Notes under the pieces: model-generated | What the model was told of the DNA's origin: nothing | What the model saw: the letters and a program-made list of their open reading frames with translations, nothing else | The model's database searches: none | Shown: positions 48,875 to 59,304 of the stretch, in pieces | How the letters are laid out: each line of letters opens with the position of its first letter | How positions within the stretch are numbered: position 1 is the stretch's first letter | Translations under genes and position numbers: made by a program | IMG/VR virus record: IMGVR_UViG_3300020463_003399 | Coordinates: 1 to 64,000 of that record | Reading direction: 5' to 3' (one strand) | Source: a virus | Length of the DNA stretch: 64,000 nucleotides

Positions 48875-49216
48875 ATGAGTATTGAAGAAACAAAAGAAAA
48901 GATTATACAGAACCTTAAAGGCGTTCAAGACCCTGAAATGGGGTGTGACGTTTACAACTTAGGATTGATTTACGATATCAATGTAGGAGAAATGTCAGAT
49001 GGCAAAAAGTATAGTAATATTACTATGTCTCTAACAAGTGCATTTTGTCCTGCGGCTGATATGATTGTAAATGACGTTAAAGGTGCGGCTCTAACTGTAG
49101 AGGATGTTATTGATTGTCAAGTCGAAGTAACATTTAACCCTCCTTGGGATCCCTCTAGATTAACAGAAGAAGGTCATGCTTATTTAAATTACATGTATTC
49201 GGATCATATGGACTAA
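48875..49216 (+). CDS. DUF59/SufT-PaaD family Fe-S cluster maturation protein
   Basis: VQDPE..VYNLGLIYDI, MSLTSAFCP, FNPPW. Confidence 0.88.
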   Translation: MSIEETKEKIIQNLKGVQDPEMGCDVYNLGLIYDINVGEMSDGKKYSNITMSLTSAFCPAADMIVNDVKGAALTVEDVIDCQVEVTFNPPWDPSRLTEEGHAYLNYMYSDHMD

Positions 49217-50661
49217 TGAAAGATTGTATTATTAATATAAAAGATGAAGTCAATATCAAACTAGAAGGATTAGATCCTGCTACACGTAGAAAGTGTTCTA
49301 ATAAACTTAAGTATTTTCTTCCACATGCATATCACATGCCAGCTTATAAACTTGGTCGTTGGGATGGAACGGTTAGGTTCTGTGATGTTGGAGGTAGAAC
49401 GTTCTTAAATTTACTAGATGATATTCTTCCAATAATCATGCAGGAAGGGTATGATATAAAAATTAATGATGCAAGAGAAAAACATGATTTAGTATTTGAT
49501 AAGGTACAGGAAGATTATTGGGGTGATGCAGTATGGCCAGCAGGTCATGTATCAGAAGGCCAAAAGATACGTTTAAGAGACTATCAGGTAGATATAGTGA
49601 ATAAGTTCATAGAACACCCTCAATGCTTACAAGAGGTCGCCACTGGCGCAGGAAAGACTATAATAACTGCTACGTTATCTAGCTTAGTAGAAAAATATGG
49701 TAGAACTATTGTTATCGTACCAAACAAAGATTTAGTTAGGCAGACATTTGAGGATTACGAAAACTGTGGTCTAGATGTTGGTGTATATTTTGGTGACAAA
49801 AAAGATATTGGAAAGATGCATACAATATGTACTTGGCAGAGTTTAAATTCTTTATTGAAGAAAACTAAAAAAGGCGAAGATGATATTGATGCTTTTATCG
49901 AAGATGTAATTTGTGTTATGGTAGATGAAGTACATCAAGCCAAAGCAGAAGTATTAAAAGATTTACTTACAGGTGTGTTTTCTTATATACCTATTCGATG
50001 GGGTCTAACAGGAACAATACCAAAGACAGATTGGGAGTCTGCATCTTTAAGAAGTTCATTAGGAGAAGTTATCAATAGATTGGCGGCAAAAGAATTACAA
50101 GACCAAGGAGTATTAGCAAAGTGTCATGTTAATGTTGTCCAAACTTGTGAAACTGCGGACTATCCAAACTATCAAAGTGAATTAAAATTTTTATTAGAAG
50201 ATAAGTCACGTATGAAGTATGTGGCAAATATGATTGAAGAAGTATCTAAGACAGGTAATACTTTGGTACTTACAGGGAGAATTAGTAATGGTAATTTATT
50301 ACAAGAGTTATTACCCGGTTCTGAGTTTGTTCAAGGCTCAATGAAAGTTGTAGATAGAAAAGAAACATACAACGATATTAATCATGCGACTAATTCTATA
50401 ACTATTGCCACATATGGTGTGGCGGCAGTAGGGATTAACATTCCAAGAATATTTAATCTGGTACTACTTGAACCAGGTAAGAGTTTTGTCCGTGTTATAC
50501 AATCAATAGGCAGAGGTGTTCGTATAGCTAAAGATAAAGATTTCGTACAAATATGGGACGTAACAAGTAGATGTAAATTCAGTAGGCGTCATTTAACAGA
50601 AAGAAAAAAGTATTATAAGGAAGCTGAATATCCTTTTACTATAGATAAGGTCAATTATTAA
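49216..50661 (+). CDS. uvsW: SF2 helicase UvsW
   Basis: ATGAGKT, DEVH, GLTGT, QSIGRGVR. Confidence 0.9.
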   Translation: MKDCIINIKDEVNIKLEGLDPATRRKCSNKLKYFLPHAYHMPAYKLGRWDGTVRFCDVGGRTFLNLLDDILPIIMQEGYDIKINDAREKHDLVFDKVQEDYWGDAVWPAGHVSEGQKIRLRDYQVDIVNKFIEHPQCLQEVATGAGKTIITATLSSLVEKYGRTIVIVPNKDLVRQTFEDYENCGLDVGVYFGDKKDIGKMHTICTWQSLNSLLKKTKKGEDDIDAFIEDVICVMVDEVHQAKAEVLKDLLTGVFSYIPIRWGLTGTIPKTDWESASLRSSLGEVINRLAAKELQDQGVLAKCHVNVVQTCETADYPNYQSELKFLLEDKSRMKYVANMIEEVSKTGNTLVLTGRISNGNLLQELLPGSEFVQGSMKVVDRKETYNDINHATNSITIATYGVAAVGINIPRIFNLVLLEPGKSFVRVIQSIGRGVRIAKDKDFVQIWDVTSRCKFSRRHLTERKKYYKEAEYPFTIDKVNY

Positions 50662-50663
50662 AA

Positions 50664-51167
50664 ATGAAAATATTAACTCCAGAAAATCACTGTTATGAAA
50701 TGAACAGTTTACCAGAGAATGAAATAGAAGACATAAGATATTGTGTAATGGATGTAACAGATAAAGCAGAACCAGATTTCTTTTTTATTCCATTAGTATT
50801 CATCGAAACATTTAATGCACCAAGTATAAGTCTTAATATTGGAAAACATCAAATAGAAATGCCAATAGATTGGAATATATTAATAGGAGATAGAGATATA
50901 GGTGAACTAGAATTTGTGCCTCTTACAAGCATAAATGAAAGAACTTTTCAAACTATCTTGACAAATCCTCTAGGAGGATTTACAATGACATGGGAAGACA
51001 TAAAAGTAAACAATGTATTTGCAGATGTAAAATGGTTTTTTCCAAAGTTAAAGTATGGACATATTTTAACAGTTCCTTTAGAACATGGACCAAAACCAAA
51101 GTGTGCATATTTCGTTAAAGACTTGAATAGAATTCCAGACGTATTACATAGTTATGACTTTTTTTAA
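50664..51167 (+). CDS. hypothetical protein, apparently beta-rich
   Basis: 167 aa, directly after uvsW. Confidence 0.6.
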   Translation: MKILTPENHCYEMNSLPENEIEDIRYCVMDVTDKAEPDFFFIPLVFIETFNAPSISLNIGKHQIEMPIDWNILIGDRDIGELEFVPLTSINERTFQTILTNPLGGFTMTWEDIKVNNVFADVKWFFPKLKYGHILTVPLEHGPKPKCAYFVKDLNRIPDVLHSYDFF

Positions 51168-51176
51168 GGAACTAGA

Positions 51177-51659
51177 ATGGCTGAAAAGATACCACTAAAA
51201 GAAATCTTAGGTGCGATGGATCGCAAAGATTTTGATTGGTTTTCTAGATTAAGTGACGAAAAGAAAAAGCAATGGAGCAGTTGGTTGTTTCTTAGATATG
51301 CCAGTAGTGCAAAAGGAAAAGATAAAGAAGAATTATTATTAAACACAAATGAATTTGTAAACAAGTATTATAAAGACTTGTTCAAATATCCTGAGTTGAT
51401 GTGGAAGTTGTTTTGTTTAACTAGTACAGGAAGAAGTCAATTTCATGAGTATATAAAGCCACCTAACTCAAGAGTTAAAACTGATACAGTTTCGCAGTTT
51501 ATTTTACGCATGTTTCCGCATATGAAAAGCGATGAAATAGATTTGTTTAGAAACCTGAACAGTATTGACGATATAAAACAGATGGCTGTAGATTTAGGTC
51601 TAACTGATAAAGAACTTGACGAAATTTTTGGTAAAACTAAAAAGAGGAAAAAGAAATGA
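51177..51659 (+). CDS. possible clamp loader small subunit (gp62-like)
   Basis: Size, helical pattern (FLRYASS..NEFVN..PELMW) and replication context; weak. Confidence 0.4.
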   Translation: MAEKIPLKEILGAMDRKDFDWFSRLSDEKKKQWSSWLFLRYASSAKGKDKEELLLNTNEFVNKYYKDLFKYPELMWKLFCLTSTGRSQFHEYIKPPNSRVKTDTVSQFILRMFPHMKSDEIDLFRNLNSIDDIKQMAVDLGLTDKELDEIFGKTKKRKKK

Positions 51660-51904
51660 TGGAACCATATCACAATAAAGGCTTTGGCTGGGCATTTTTT
51701 TGGATTGTAACTTTGGGATTTGTTTTCCCGGCAGTTATAATGTTATCAATAGATGATGGCTGGGCAAAATATAAAGCCATGAGAGGATTTAGTGGTGATT
51801 GTTGGGAGAATAGTAAACATGAAAGAGTATGTAAAGACGACAACACCTGTCTCATAGGAAGAAACTTTTGCATACCAGAAAAATACAGATGGAGGTCTGA
51901 ATGA
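51656..51904 (+). CDS. small membrane-anchored protein
   Basis: N-terminal TM helix followed by a four-Cys domain. Confidence 0.55.
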   Translation: MMEPYHNKGFGWAFFWIVTLGFVFPAVIMLSIDDGWAKYKAMRGFSGDCWENSKHERVCKDDNTCLIGRNFCIPEKYRWRSE

Positions 51905-52113
51905 CAAATGACGAACTTATAACACATATTAGAGTACTTGAAACTGAAATCAAAGTACAGAAATCAAGAATTGAACCGCATGATACTGGTCATATTCACA
52001 CTACTATAGGTGTTCTAGAAGATAGAGTAGAAGAACTTTTAGTAGAAGTCAAGAATGGTCCAGTGCCAGGCACAGTAAGAGCAGGCACATGGGTACCAGA
52101 CATGCCAATGTAG
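51901..52113 (+). CDS. hypothetical protein
   Basis: GGAGG RBS; 70 aa. Confidence 0.55.
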   Translation: MTNDELITHIRVLETEIKVQKSRIEPHDTGHIHTTIGVLEDRVEELLVEVKNGPVPGTVRAGTWVPDMPM

Positions 52114-52124
52114 TTCAACCGAAC

Positions 52125-52201
52125 GGACCCGTAACTCAGCTGGATAGAGTGCTTGTCTACGAAACAAGATGTCGGGAGTTCGAATCTCTCCGGGTCCGCC
52201 A
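52125..52201 (+). tRNA. tRNA-Arg (anticodon ACG)
   Basis: Acceptor GGACCCG/CGGGTCC-G-CCA, D arm CTCAGCTGGATAGAG, anticodon arm CTTGT-CTACGAA-ACAAG, T loop GTTCGAATC. Confidence 0.95.
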
Positions 52202-52214
52202 ATGAGTTTAATAT

Positions 52215-52886
52215 ATGTTTGATTGTAAATTTTGTGGGAAAACTTTTCAAAGAGAAAAGACTCTTTCTGCCCATATGTGCGAACAAAAACGCAGATGGGT
52301 TAATAAAGATTCTAAGTATGTTAGATTAGGTTTTCTCGCATATAATCGTTTCTATGAATTGACTACACAAGGTAGTAAAAAAAGAACATATGAAGATTTT
52401 GCAAGAAGTAAATATTACACAGGCTTTACAAAGTTTGGTAAATATATGCTAGATGTAAATGCAATCGACCCAGAAAAATTCGTTGACTTTGTTATAACAA
52501 CAAGTGTAAAACTTGATAAATGGACAAGCGATGCAGTTTATGAAACATATATTAGAGAACTTAATAAAAAAGAAACTGCCGAACGTGCAGTTGAAAGAGG
52601 CATCTTATTGATGCAACAATGGGCGAGGGAAAATGATAAACCGTATAATGTATTCTTTAGGGAGATTAGTAGGCCACGTGCTATACATTGGATCAAATCC
52701 GGACGCATTAGCCCTTGGATTATTTTTAATTCTGTATCTGGTAATGAACTTCTAAACAGTTTCAATGACCATGAATTAAATTTAATCAATGAATATCTTG
52801 AACCAACTTTTTGGACAAGAAAATTTGAAGTAAGAAAAGATGATGTATTATTTGTTAAAGATATATTACAAAAGGCAGGTATTTAA
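52215..52886 (+). CDS. hypothetical protein with N-terminal zinc finger
   Basis: CKFCGKTF..E.TL..HMC. Confidence 0.65.
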   Translation: MFDCKFCGKTFQREKTLSAHMCEQKRRWVNKDSKYVRLGFLAYNRFYELTTQGSKKRTYEDFARSKYYTGFTKFGKYMLDVNAIDPEKFVDFVITTSVKLDKWTSDAVYETYIRELNKKETAERAVERGILLMQQWARENDKPYNVFFREISRPRAIHWIKSGRISPWIIFNSVSGNELLNSFNDHELNLINEYLEPTFWTRKFEVRKDDVLFVKDILQKAGI

Positions 52887-52888
52887 AA

Positions 52889-53080
52889 ATGAAATTAACA
52901 AATCAAAGTGACAAAGCAATTCTTGATAAACTTGAAGAAGTCGAAGAAAAAATCGATATAGCATTAAAAAGAATAGACACTTTAAATGAAAAGCTAAGTA
53001 AACATATAGATTTTATAGGTAAGACATACGATGGATTAAGAAGTCCTATCGATGCGGCTAAAAGATTTTTAGGAAGATAA
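52889..53080 (+). CDS. hypothetical coiled-coil protein
   Basis: 63 aa within the operon. Confidence 0.55.
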   Translation: MKLTNQSDKAILDKLEEVEEKIDIALKRIDTLNEKLSKHIDFIGKTYDGLRSPIDAAKRFLGR

Positions 53081-53081
53081 T

Positions 53082-53297
53082 ATGGGAACTAAAAAAGTAT
53101 CAAGAGAAACAAGTAAAATGGTTCTAGTCAAGGAACATCCAGACACTAAAGAACTATATTTTGAATTGCCTCCTGGTATTTTAAGAAGTCTCGGTTGGAC
53201 AGAAGACGATGAGTTAGAGTGGTATAAAACTCAAGACGATAATTGGGCTTTGAGAAAAGTCAAACTTTCGGAAGAACCTAAAATAAAAAAGGAATAA
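53082..53297 (+). CDS. AbrB/MazE-like small DNA-binding protein
   Basis: LYFELPPGILRSLGWTEDDELEW pattern. Confidence 0.55.
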   Translation: MGTKKVSRETSKMVLVKEHPDTKELYFELPPGILRSLGWTEDDELEWYKTQDDNWALRKVKLSEEPKIKKE

Positions 53298-53301
53298 TAA
53301 T

Positions 53302-53847
53302 ATGGGCTCAGATATGGATGATATTGATAATATGATTAAAAAGTATATTTACGAAAGTCCTGATGGCGGGAAAACAGTGTATCAAAGACCCTTTGGTGCA
53401 CCTCATGAAGAAAGAGAACTTGTTCCAAGTCAAGAAGAAAGAGACAAAATGGACGACAAGGAACTTATGAGATTAGCACATGAGTATAAAGAGTTATGCG
53501 ATGATGACGATGACATGACATTTGAATTAGATACATCAAATTCTCTATATGGTTTAGATACAACAAATACTATAACAATGTCAAGTATGCCTTCAATGGG
53601 TATGACACATTCTTTTTCATCATCAGCGGCACATACTTTGACGATTGGTGATGGTTATATGGATCCAGGCGATGATCCAATTGAAGAAATGGAAAAGAGA
53701 TTAACTGCTATAGAAGATAGATTAAAGATACTAAAACCAGACCCTAACAAGCTAAAAGAATATAAGATACTAGAAGGTCTATATGAACAGTATAAGGCGG
53801 CTGAGGCGCTTCTAAACGCACCAGGACCGGGCGATAAGAATGAATAA
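53302..53847 (+). CDS. hypothetical protein
   Basis: IYESPDGGKTVY motif; 181 aa. Confidence 0.6.
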   Translation: MGSDMDDIDNMIKKYIYESPDGGKTVYQRPFGAPHEERELVPSQEERDKMDDKELMRLAHEYKELCDDDDDMTFELDTSNSLYGLDTTNTITMSSMPSMGMTHSFSSSAAHTLTIGDGYMDPGDDPIEEMEKRLTAIEDRLKILKPDPNKLKEYKILEGLYEQYKAAEALLNAPGPGDKNE

Positions 53848-54304
53848 GACTATTACTTACAGTTGGCAAAATGTAGACAAAGCAATACAAACTATTGCTA
53901 TGCAAATGTATGAAAGTCAATGGAGACCTGATTACATAGTAGGTATTACACGTGGAGGATTAGTTCCAGCAGTAATGTTGTCTCATATGACTAATATACC
54001 AATGCATACTCTTTGTGTTCAGTTAGGTGCAGAAGGTCTTGAAGAAAATATTGAAAGCAATATTAAAATGGCAGGCGATGCCATTAATGGTAAAAACATT
54101 TTAATCATTGACGATATCAATAGAGGCGGTGATGCATTAGAATGGATTATAAATGATTGGGCTTTATCTGAGGAATCCTTACATGGAAATGTTAAATTTG
54201 CTTCACTAATTATAGATCCAAATTCTAAAGTTGATACAGATTTTTTCTATGAAGAATTAGATAATGAAAATGAAATGTGGGTCAACTTTCCTTGGGAACA
54301 ATGA
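53840..54304 (+). CDS. purine phosphoribosyltransferase-like (type I PRTase)
   Basis: IVGITRGGLVPA, PRPP-binding ILIIDDINRGG, WVNFPWE. Confidence 0.85.
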   Translation: MNKTITYSWQNVDKAIQTIAMQMYESQWRPDYIVGITRGGLVPAVMLSHMTNIPMHTLCVQLGAEGLEENIESNIKMAGDAINGKNILIIDDINRGGDALEWIINDWALSEESLHGNVKFASLIIDPNSKVDTDFFYEELDNENEMWVNFPWEQ

Positions 54305-55089
54305 AACATATTATACCTGAACAACTTGAACAAGAAACACATCTATTAGAATATTTTGCAGGTACATATGGTGATTATGTATGTGGTATTATATCATATT
54401 CTATAGATGGTTACTATGATGATTATGTTGATTTAGAAGATGAAAGAAGATACTGGAAAGTAGAACATTCTCTAGTAAAGAGAAATAGATATTCATTAGG
54501 TCTCAGAGGCAACGGTTATGAGCATGTAGAAAACTATACAGATTTTATGTTGGCTCATAAAATATGGTTAGAATTTCAACCTCACTTTGATACAGTATCT
54601 CCAACAAAAGTATTATTCAATACACACCCAAGATTATACAATTCAAATTATAATGATCCTTTAATATATAGAACGATTACAAATAAATTTAAGAATACAA
54701 AAACAAAAATTATATCAATACCTTTAGAATTTGATGCTATATTTAAAGTTGCATGTAATGAATATTATACTAGTAGAATGCATAAGCTAGATGCTCCATC
54801 AGATTTAAAAGCATTTTATGGTATATTTAAATCACACGTAGATAAACAAAAAGGCATACTAAATCATATTCCAGAAGAACAACGTTTTGCTATAAATGAT
54901 ATAGATAAGCTATCACCAAAAGATATTGTATCATATGGCGATGTAGATAGAGAAAAGTTTGAACACTATCAGAAATTATACAACGATAAAAAGATGGATG
55001 TTTTAAACTGGCATACAAAAAGACTGTATGAAAAAACTAAAAAAAGTAGACCTGGATATATTCTTGATTTAGAAAATTATCTAAAGTGA
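54301..55089 (+). CDS. hypothetical protein (start revised from 54277)
   Basis: ATGA overlap with the PRTase stop. Confidence 0.55.
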   Translation: MKHIIPEQLEQETHLLEYFAGTYGDYVCGIISYSIDGYYDDYVDLEDERRYWKVEHSLVKRNRYSLGLRGNGYEHVENYTDFMLAHKIWLEFQPHFDTVSPTKVLFNTHPRLYNSNYNDPLIYRTITNKFKNTKTKIISIPLEFDAIFKVACNEYYTSRMHKLDAPSDLKAFYGIFKSHVDKQKGILNHIPEEQRFAINDIDKLSPKDIVSYGDVDREKFEHYQKLYNDKKMDVLNWHTKRLYEKTKKSRPGYILDLENYLK

Positions 55090-56100
55090 TTCAATAAACT
55101 CTTTTAATATCTTTCTATCAACATAAGGTCTTATGTTGTGAGTTTGACTTTCTGATATCTTATAATCTATTTCTTTTATAGATAGATTTTCACATTCAAA
55201 CTGTTTTATATAATGTAGAAAACTTACATAGTCAGTATCATATTTTCCATACAAATAGTCTACTTTGATATTTGGATAATCAGATAAAAATCTAAAAGGA
55301 TCTATAATTTCATTATTAAGATTTAGCTTTTTAAATTTCCAACATCTTACTATATGCAATATTGCAGGATATATCATTGCTAACTGTTGGTCTTTTAAAT
55401 GCTCTGGTCTATTATGCCATTTCATATATTGTTTAACCCAAGGAGAATGATTCCAAGAAAATGTAGCTTGACCTCCTGTGAGAAATACATTTGTAACTAT
55501 ATCTTTTAAGTGATATGCAAGACTTAATGAACAAGCTACATGTTTTGAATCAGCATAGATGACTACGTTTTTATATTCTTTTTTAATATACTCTCGTATT
55601 TGATTACAAGTTTTTTCTTGTGTATTGTTTTGTTCACTTACGCCTAACATCATTACACTAGGATATAATGATTCTGGATATCTAAATGGGTCTTCATTTA
55701 CAATCAGTAAATCAGTATCTAAATTTATTATCTTATCACTTACATTTGTCAGTGGACTAGTTAATCTTCCTTCATGTCCTGCGTAACTAGTGAGTAATAT
55801 AATTAGCTTATCATGTTCTTTGTTTGTCTTTTTCCAGCACATAGTAAAGTCTTTACTTACATTTTCAAAACGTTCTTCATCGTAAGTATGCACAATATCT
55901 TTATATGCGTCCCAACTTCCTGTATTGGCTCTACGCAGATAAGTGTCTGTTACATCTTTTTTGTATATTTTAGTATAGATATCTGTACTTGTTAAAGACT
56001 CAAGTTGTTTTATTTTGTCGTATATTAATGTTTCGTTCAAAAAGAAAAGGTCTACTTCACTATCGAGGTCAACGTCTATACCACGTATATGTATTTTCAT
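55081..56100 (-). CDS. hypothetical protein, possibly alpha/beta-hydrolase-like
   Basis: VVIYADSKH (degenerate nucleophile elbow), YLYGKYD, terminal THN; abuts the radical SAM gene. Confidence 0.4.
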   Translation of the reverse strand: MKIHIRGIDVDLDSEVDLFFLNETLIYDKIKQLESLTSTDIYTKIYKKDVTDTYLRRANTGSWDAYKDIVHTYDEERFENVSKDFTMCWKKTNKEHDKLIILLTSYAGHEGRLTSPLTNVSDKIINLDTDLLIVNEDPFRYPESLYPSVMMLGVSEQNNTQEKTCNQIREYIKKEYKNVVIYADSKHVACSLSLAYHLKDIVTNVFLTGGQATFSWNHSPWVKQYMKWHNRPEHLKDQQLAMIYPAILHIVRCWKFKKLNLNNEIIDPFRFLSDYPNIKVDYLYGKYDTDYVSFLHYIKQFECENLSIKEIDYKISESQTHNIRPYVDRKILKEFIESL

Positions 56101-57039
56101 TTAGTATATACCTTCGTTTTCTTTTGCATGTTCGTAGAATGGTGCAAGTTTGAAGTTTTCTGTTATTCTGCCTCTACGTTTACTTCCTGGATCTGGGATA
56201 CCACCTTCGTTATCTGTGTCCCAATTAGTTATTTTTACCCATCTTCCTCTATTCAACATTTTGTTACCTTCTCTTAATGGAAATAGAATACTGTTCTGTT
56301 CATTAAACTTATTGTAGTAAGGCACCCCATGAAAACTCCATATATAGTCCTCTGATATGTTAAACTGGTCTGCACATAGTTTTACTAGTCCATTCAATTT
56401 AATGTTACCATCTTTGTCTTTTTGATATCTACCAAGTTGACCAACGTTTTTAATTCTCATCATTATGTTTCTGATGTTTTCTTTTTCTACGAGTTCTTTT
56501 AATTTCGCAGGAGCCTCATAGTTTATTTCAGGAATAATAATTGTACCTGTATTTAAATTCATCTTTCTATCTACAATGTTACGAAGTGCTTTTAGTTTCT
56601 TTTTAGCACAACGCATTTCATCAATTTGTTCATACCAGTCATCATTATCAACACCATTCAAACTTAAAGTCACACTACGTAATCCTGCTTGAATTAGTGA
56701 ATCTAAATATTTTGCATGTGATAATCTTAGACCATTTGATACTAATGTACAACTGTGTTTTCTTCCATCGGTTCTGCCATGCTGATAAACTGCACGAATA
56801 AACTCTGCACAGTCCTTAGCCATAGTAGGCTCAGCACCGATAATACGAATAAATGCTCTACCACCTAATCTATCCATAAAGTCTTTGAATTTATCTAAAT
56901 CCATATCAGGTGGTTCTCTGTTTGGTATGTAACAATTCTTACAAGTCATGTTACATTTATGCGTTATATCAGCACAAATATCCACAAAGGTATTATTCTC
57001 TGGTTCTGTAATTTCATAATTAAAGAGTTTTATGCTCAT
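56101..57039 (-). CDS. radical SAM protein
   Basis: CNMTCKNC (CxxxCxxC), IIGAEPT, LVSNG, SLNG; minus-strand late promoter at 57070-57077. Confidence 0.88.
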   Translation of the reverse strand: MSIKLFNYEITEPENNTFVDICADITHKCNMTCKNCYIPNREPPDMDLDKFKDFMDRLGGRAFIRIIGAEPTMAKDCAEFIRAVYQHGRTDGRKHSCTLVSNGLRLSHAKYLDSLIQAGLRSVTLSLNGVDNDDWYEQIDEMRCAKKKLKALRNIVDRKMNLNTGTIIIPEINYEAPAKLKELVEKENIRNIMMRIKNVGQLGRYQKDKDGNIKLNGLVKLCADQFNISEDYIWSFHGVPYYNKFNEQNSILFPLREGNKMLNRGRWVKITNWDTDNEGGIPDPGSKRRGRITENFKLAPFYEHAKENEGIY

Positions 57040-57095
57040 TCATTCGCCTTAATAAATAGTGTATAGACGTATTTATCGTCCTAGGAGAAGCTAAA

Positions 57096-57701
57096 ATGTT
57101 AGAGCATTTATACAAATTTAACTATGATATTGATAGAGAGCAACTTGTAAAAGAGAACGAATCAATGAGTGCAAGTGGCGATACTTCTTTACTTACAGTG
57201 AATACAGAACTAATAGAAAAAGTAAATGCAGGCAGAGAAACAGGAGAAGACATATTTCCGACATATCATGATTTGAAAGATAAAGAGCAATGGGATAATA
57301 TGGATACTCTAAAAATAAGAATGTTCGATGAATATAAATTTCAAAATGATTGTCCTGAGATGAAAAGATTAACAATAGATTTTGGTAATATAATAGGAAG
57401 CAAAGATATAACTCCTTTCTTTGTACATCAAGAAAAAGATTCAGACTTTCCATTTCATATAGATATGGGGTTTCAATGTGCTATAAATGTTATAGTAAAA
57501 GGTGGGGATACACCAATACTTTTTAGAGATAATGACGAAATACATGAGTATCATTACGAGAATGCTCTGCTAAATATATGTAATATTTTTCATAGTGTGC
57601 CTGTACAACAAGACACAAATCGCATGTTATTAAAATTTAGAATTAAAGATGTATCATATGAAGATGCATCAAAAAGAATGATGGAGCATTTTGGTGAGTA
57701 A
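57096..57701 (+). CDS. 2OG-Fe(II)/cupin-like oxygenase, paralog 1
   Basis: HID..CAIN, NALLN..HSV..R; AATAAATA at 57051. Confidence 0.6.
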   Translation: MLEHLYKFNYDIDREQLVKENESMSASGDTSLLTVNTELIEKVNAGRETGEDIFPTYHDLKDKEQWDNMDTLKIRMFDEYKFQNDCPEMKRLTIDFGNIIGSKDITPFFVHQEKDSDFPFHIDMGFQCAINVIVKGGDTPILFRDNDEIHEYHYENALLNICNIFHSVPVQQDTNRMLLKFRIKDVSYEDASKRMMEHFGE

Positions 57702-58260
57702 TTCGATACAAGATATAGACTTTACAATAAACAAAGAAATGCTAATCGAAGAAAGTAAAGTTTGTGATTACGTACCTATCAATCGTGTAACTCTGAGGCG
57801 TGTAAAGATGGGAAGTTATGCAGAAACAAAAGGTAAGAAGTTTTCTGATTTTCTAAATGAAGAAGACAAAGATTGGTGGTTAAAGCAAAATACATGGCAA
57901 TCTAGTATGAATGCAGATGCAGAAATGTTATTTAAAATGCCAGAAACTACAAGAATACTTGCACACTTTAAAGAGAAATTACAAACAGAAAATATTGAGG
58001 CAAACTTCTTTACTCAAAAACAAGGCACAAGTGTAAAGATGCACGTAGATGTTGGAACACCATGTGCTATTAATTTTATTATAAAAGGCGAAGAAACGCC
58101 TATCGTATTTGAAGATGAAGGTACTTTCTTTTATAAAAATGCTTTGCTTAATGTAAGTAAAAAACATATGGTACCAGAACAAGAAACAACTGATAGAATG
58201 CTTTTCAAGTTAAGAATATTAGACTTAACTTTTGACGAAGCAAAGGAAAGGCTATGCTAA
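57691..58260 (+). CDS. 2OG-Fe(II)/cupin-like oxygenase, paralog 2
   Basis: HVD..CAIN, NALLN..HMV..R. Confidence 0.6.
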   Translation: MVSNSIQDIDFTINKEMLIEESKVCDYVPINRVTLRRVKMGSYAETKGKKFSDFLNEEDKDWWLKQNTWQSSMNADAEMLFKMPETTRILAHFKEKLQTENIEANFFTQKQGTSVKMHVDVGTPCAINFIIKGEETPIVFEDEGTFFYKNALLNVSKKHMVPEQETTDRMLFKLRILDLTFDEAKERLC

Positions 58261-58931
58261 ACAAAAGTCAGATATTCATATTACTACATCACATATCTTT
58301 AGCTATTGGACTTGCTATGTATGGCTTTCAGTGGCAATGGGCTATTGTAGTATTTCTATTCAGTATGTTTTGGGCATGGATAGTAGGCAATAATATAAAT
58401 CACTATTACTTTGCACATGCAACATACAAAGATAGCTTAAAAAGTTATTTCTATACTTTTCTTTGTTTAACATCTGGACTAGGTTCACCTTTATCTTTTA
58501 GTGCATCACATAGACAACATCACAAATATACAGATACAGAAAAAGATCCACACTCACCTCATCATATAGGCTGGAAACGTGTTTACTTTTTAGATTGGGC
58601 ACCACAGAATATCAGTCGTGGAATAATTAGAGATTTTGTTAGAAGTAAGTTTCAAATATGGGTTCACAAACACTGGTATCAATTACACATTGGTATCGTA
58701 ATTATCATTGCTCTTATAGATTTAAGACTATTGTTTTTTGGTCTTTCTCCAGGAGTTCTTTATAGTTTTCATAGTGGAAGTCTAACAAACACACTTTCTC
58801 ATATAGGTGGAGAACATAGAAACGTTTGGTATCTAAGACCTTTTATTTGGTGGGGTTGGGCACATGGTGACCATCATAGTGGTAAGTTTGACAGATATAA
58901 AAGCAGTAGAGTCTATTCAGATAACTATTGA
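58254..58931 (+). CDS. membrane fatty-acid desaturase family protein
   Basis: His boxes HYYFAH, HRQHH and HGDHH; DTEKDPHSP; TM segments. Confidence 0.85.
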   Translation: MLNKSQIFILLHHISLAIGLAMYGFQWQWAIVVFLFSMFWAWIVGNNINHYYFAHATYKDSLKSYFYTFLCLTSGLGSPLSFSASHRQHHKYTDTEKDPHSPHHIGWKRVYFLDWAPQNISRGIIRDFVRSKFQIWVHKHWYQLHIGIVIIIALIDLRLLFFGLSPGVLYSFHSGSLTNTLSHIGGEHRNVWYLRPFIWWGWAHGDHHSGKFDRYKSSRVYSDNY

Positions 58932-58981
58932 CAATCAATATTAAAAAATGTATAATACATATATAATACGGAGTTGAAGCC

Positions 58982-59290
58982 ATGGCTGAAATGTTGAAAC
59001 ATTCAAATGTCAAAGAAAGATTAAAAAGACTTAGAGAAATAAGCGGTAAGGTAGAACATCTTAGAAGATTTCACAGTGACTTTGAAAACAAAGAATTTTT
59101 AAAATGGACACCAATAACTCATGAGGATATCAATTATGATAGACTTATTTTGTTTCAAAAAGCAGGATATGTTACTCAGTTAGTCGATTGGTGCAATACA
59201 CATTGTCAAGACTATTATGTTGCGTATCAAGGAAAATTCTACTTTAAGAATGAAAATGATGCCGCATACTTTACAATGTACTGGAAATAG
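58982..59290 (+). CDS. hypothetical protein
   Basis: TTGACA-17-TATAAT promoter from 58928; 102 aa. Confidence 0.6.
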   Translation: MAEMLKHSNVKERLKRLREISGKVEHLRRFHSDFENKEFLKWTPITHEDINYDRLILFQKAGYVTQLVDWCNTHCQDYYVAYQGKFYFKNENDAAYFTMYWK

Positions 59291-59304
59291 TATATAATAA
59301 AGAT

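Noticed and set aside
56101-57039. QueE assignment for the radical SAM gene
   Set aside because: Lacks the QueE N-terminal QGEG/FVR motifs and is far from queD
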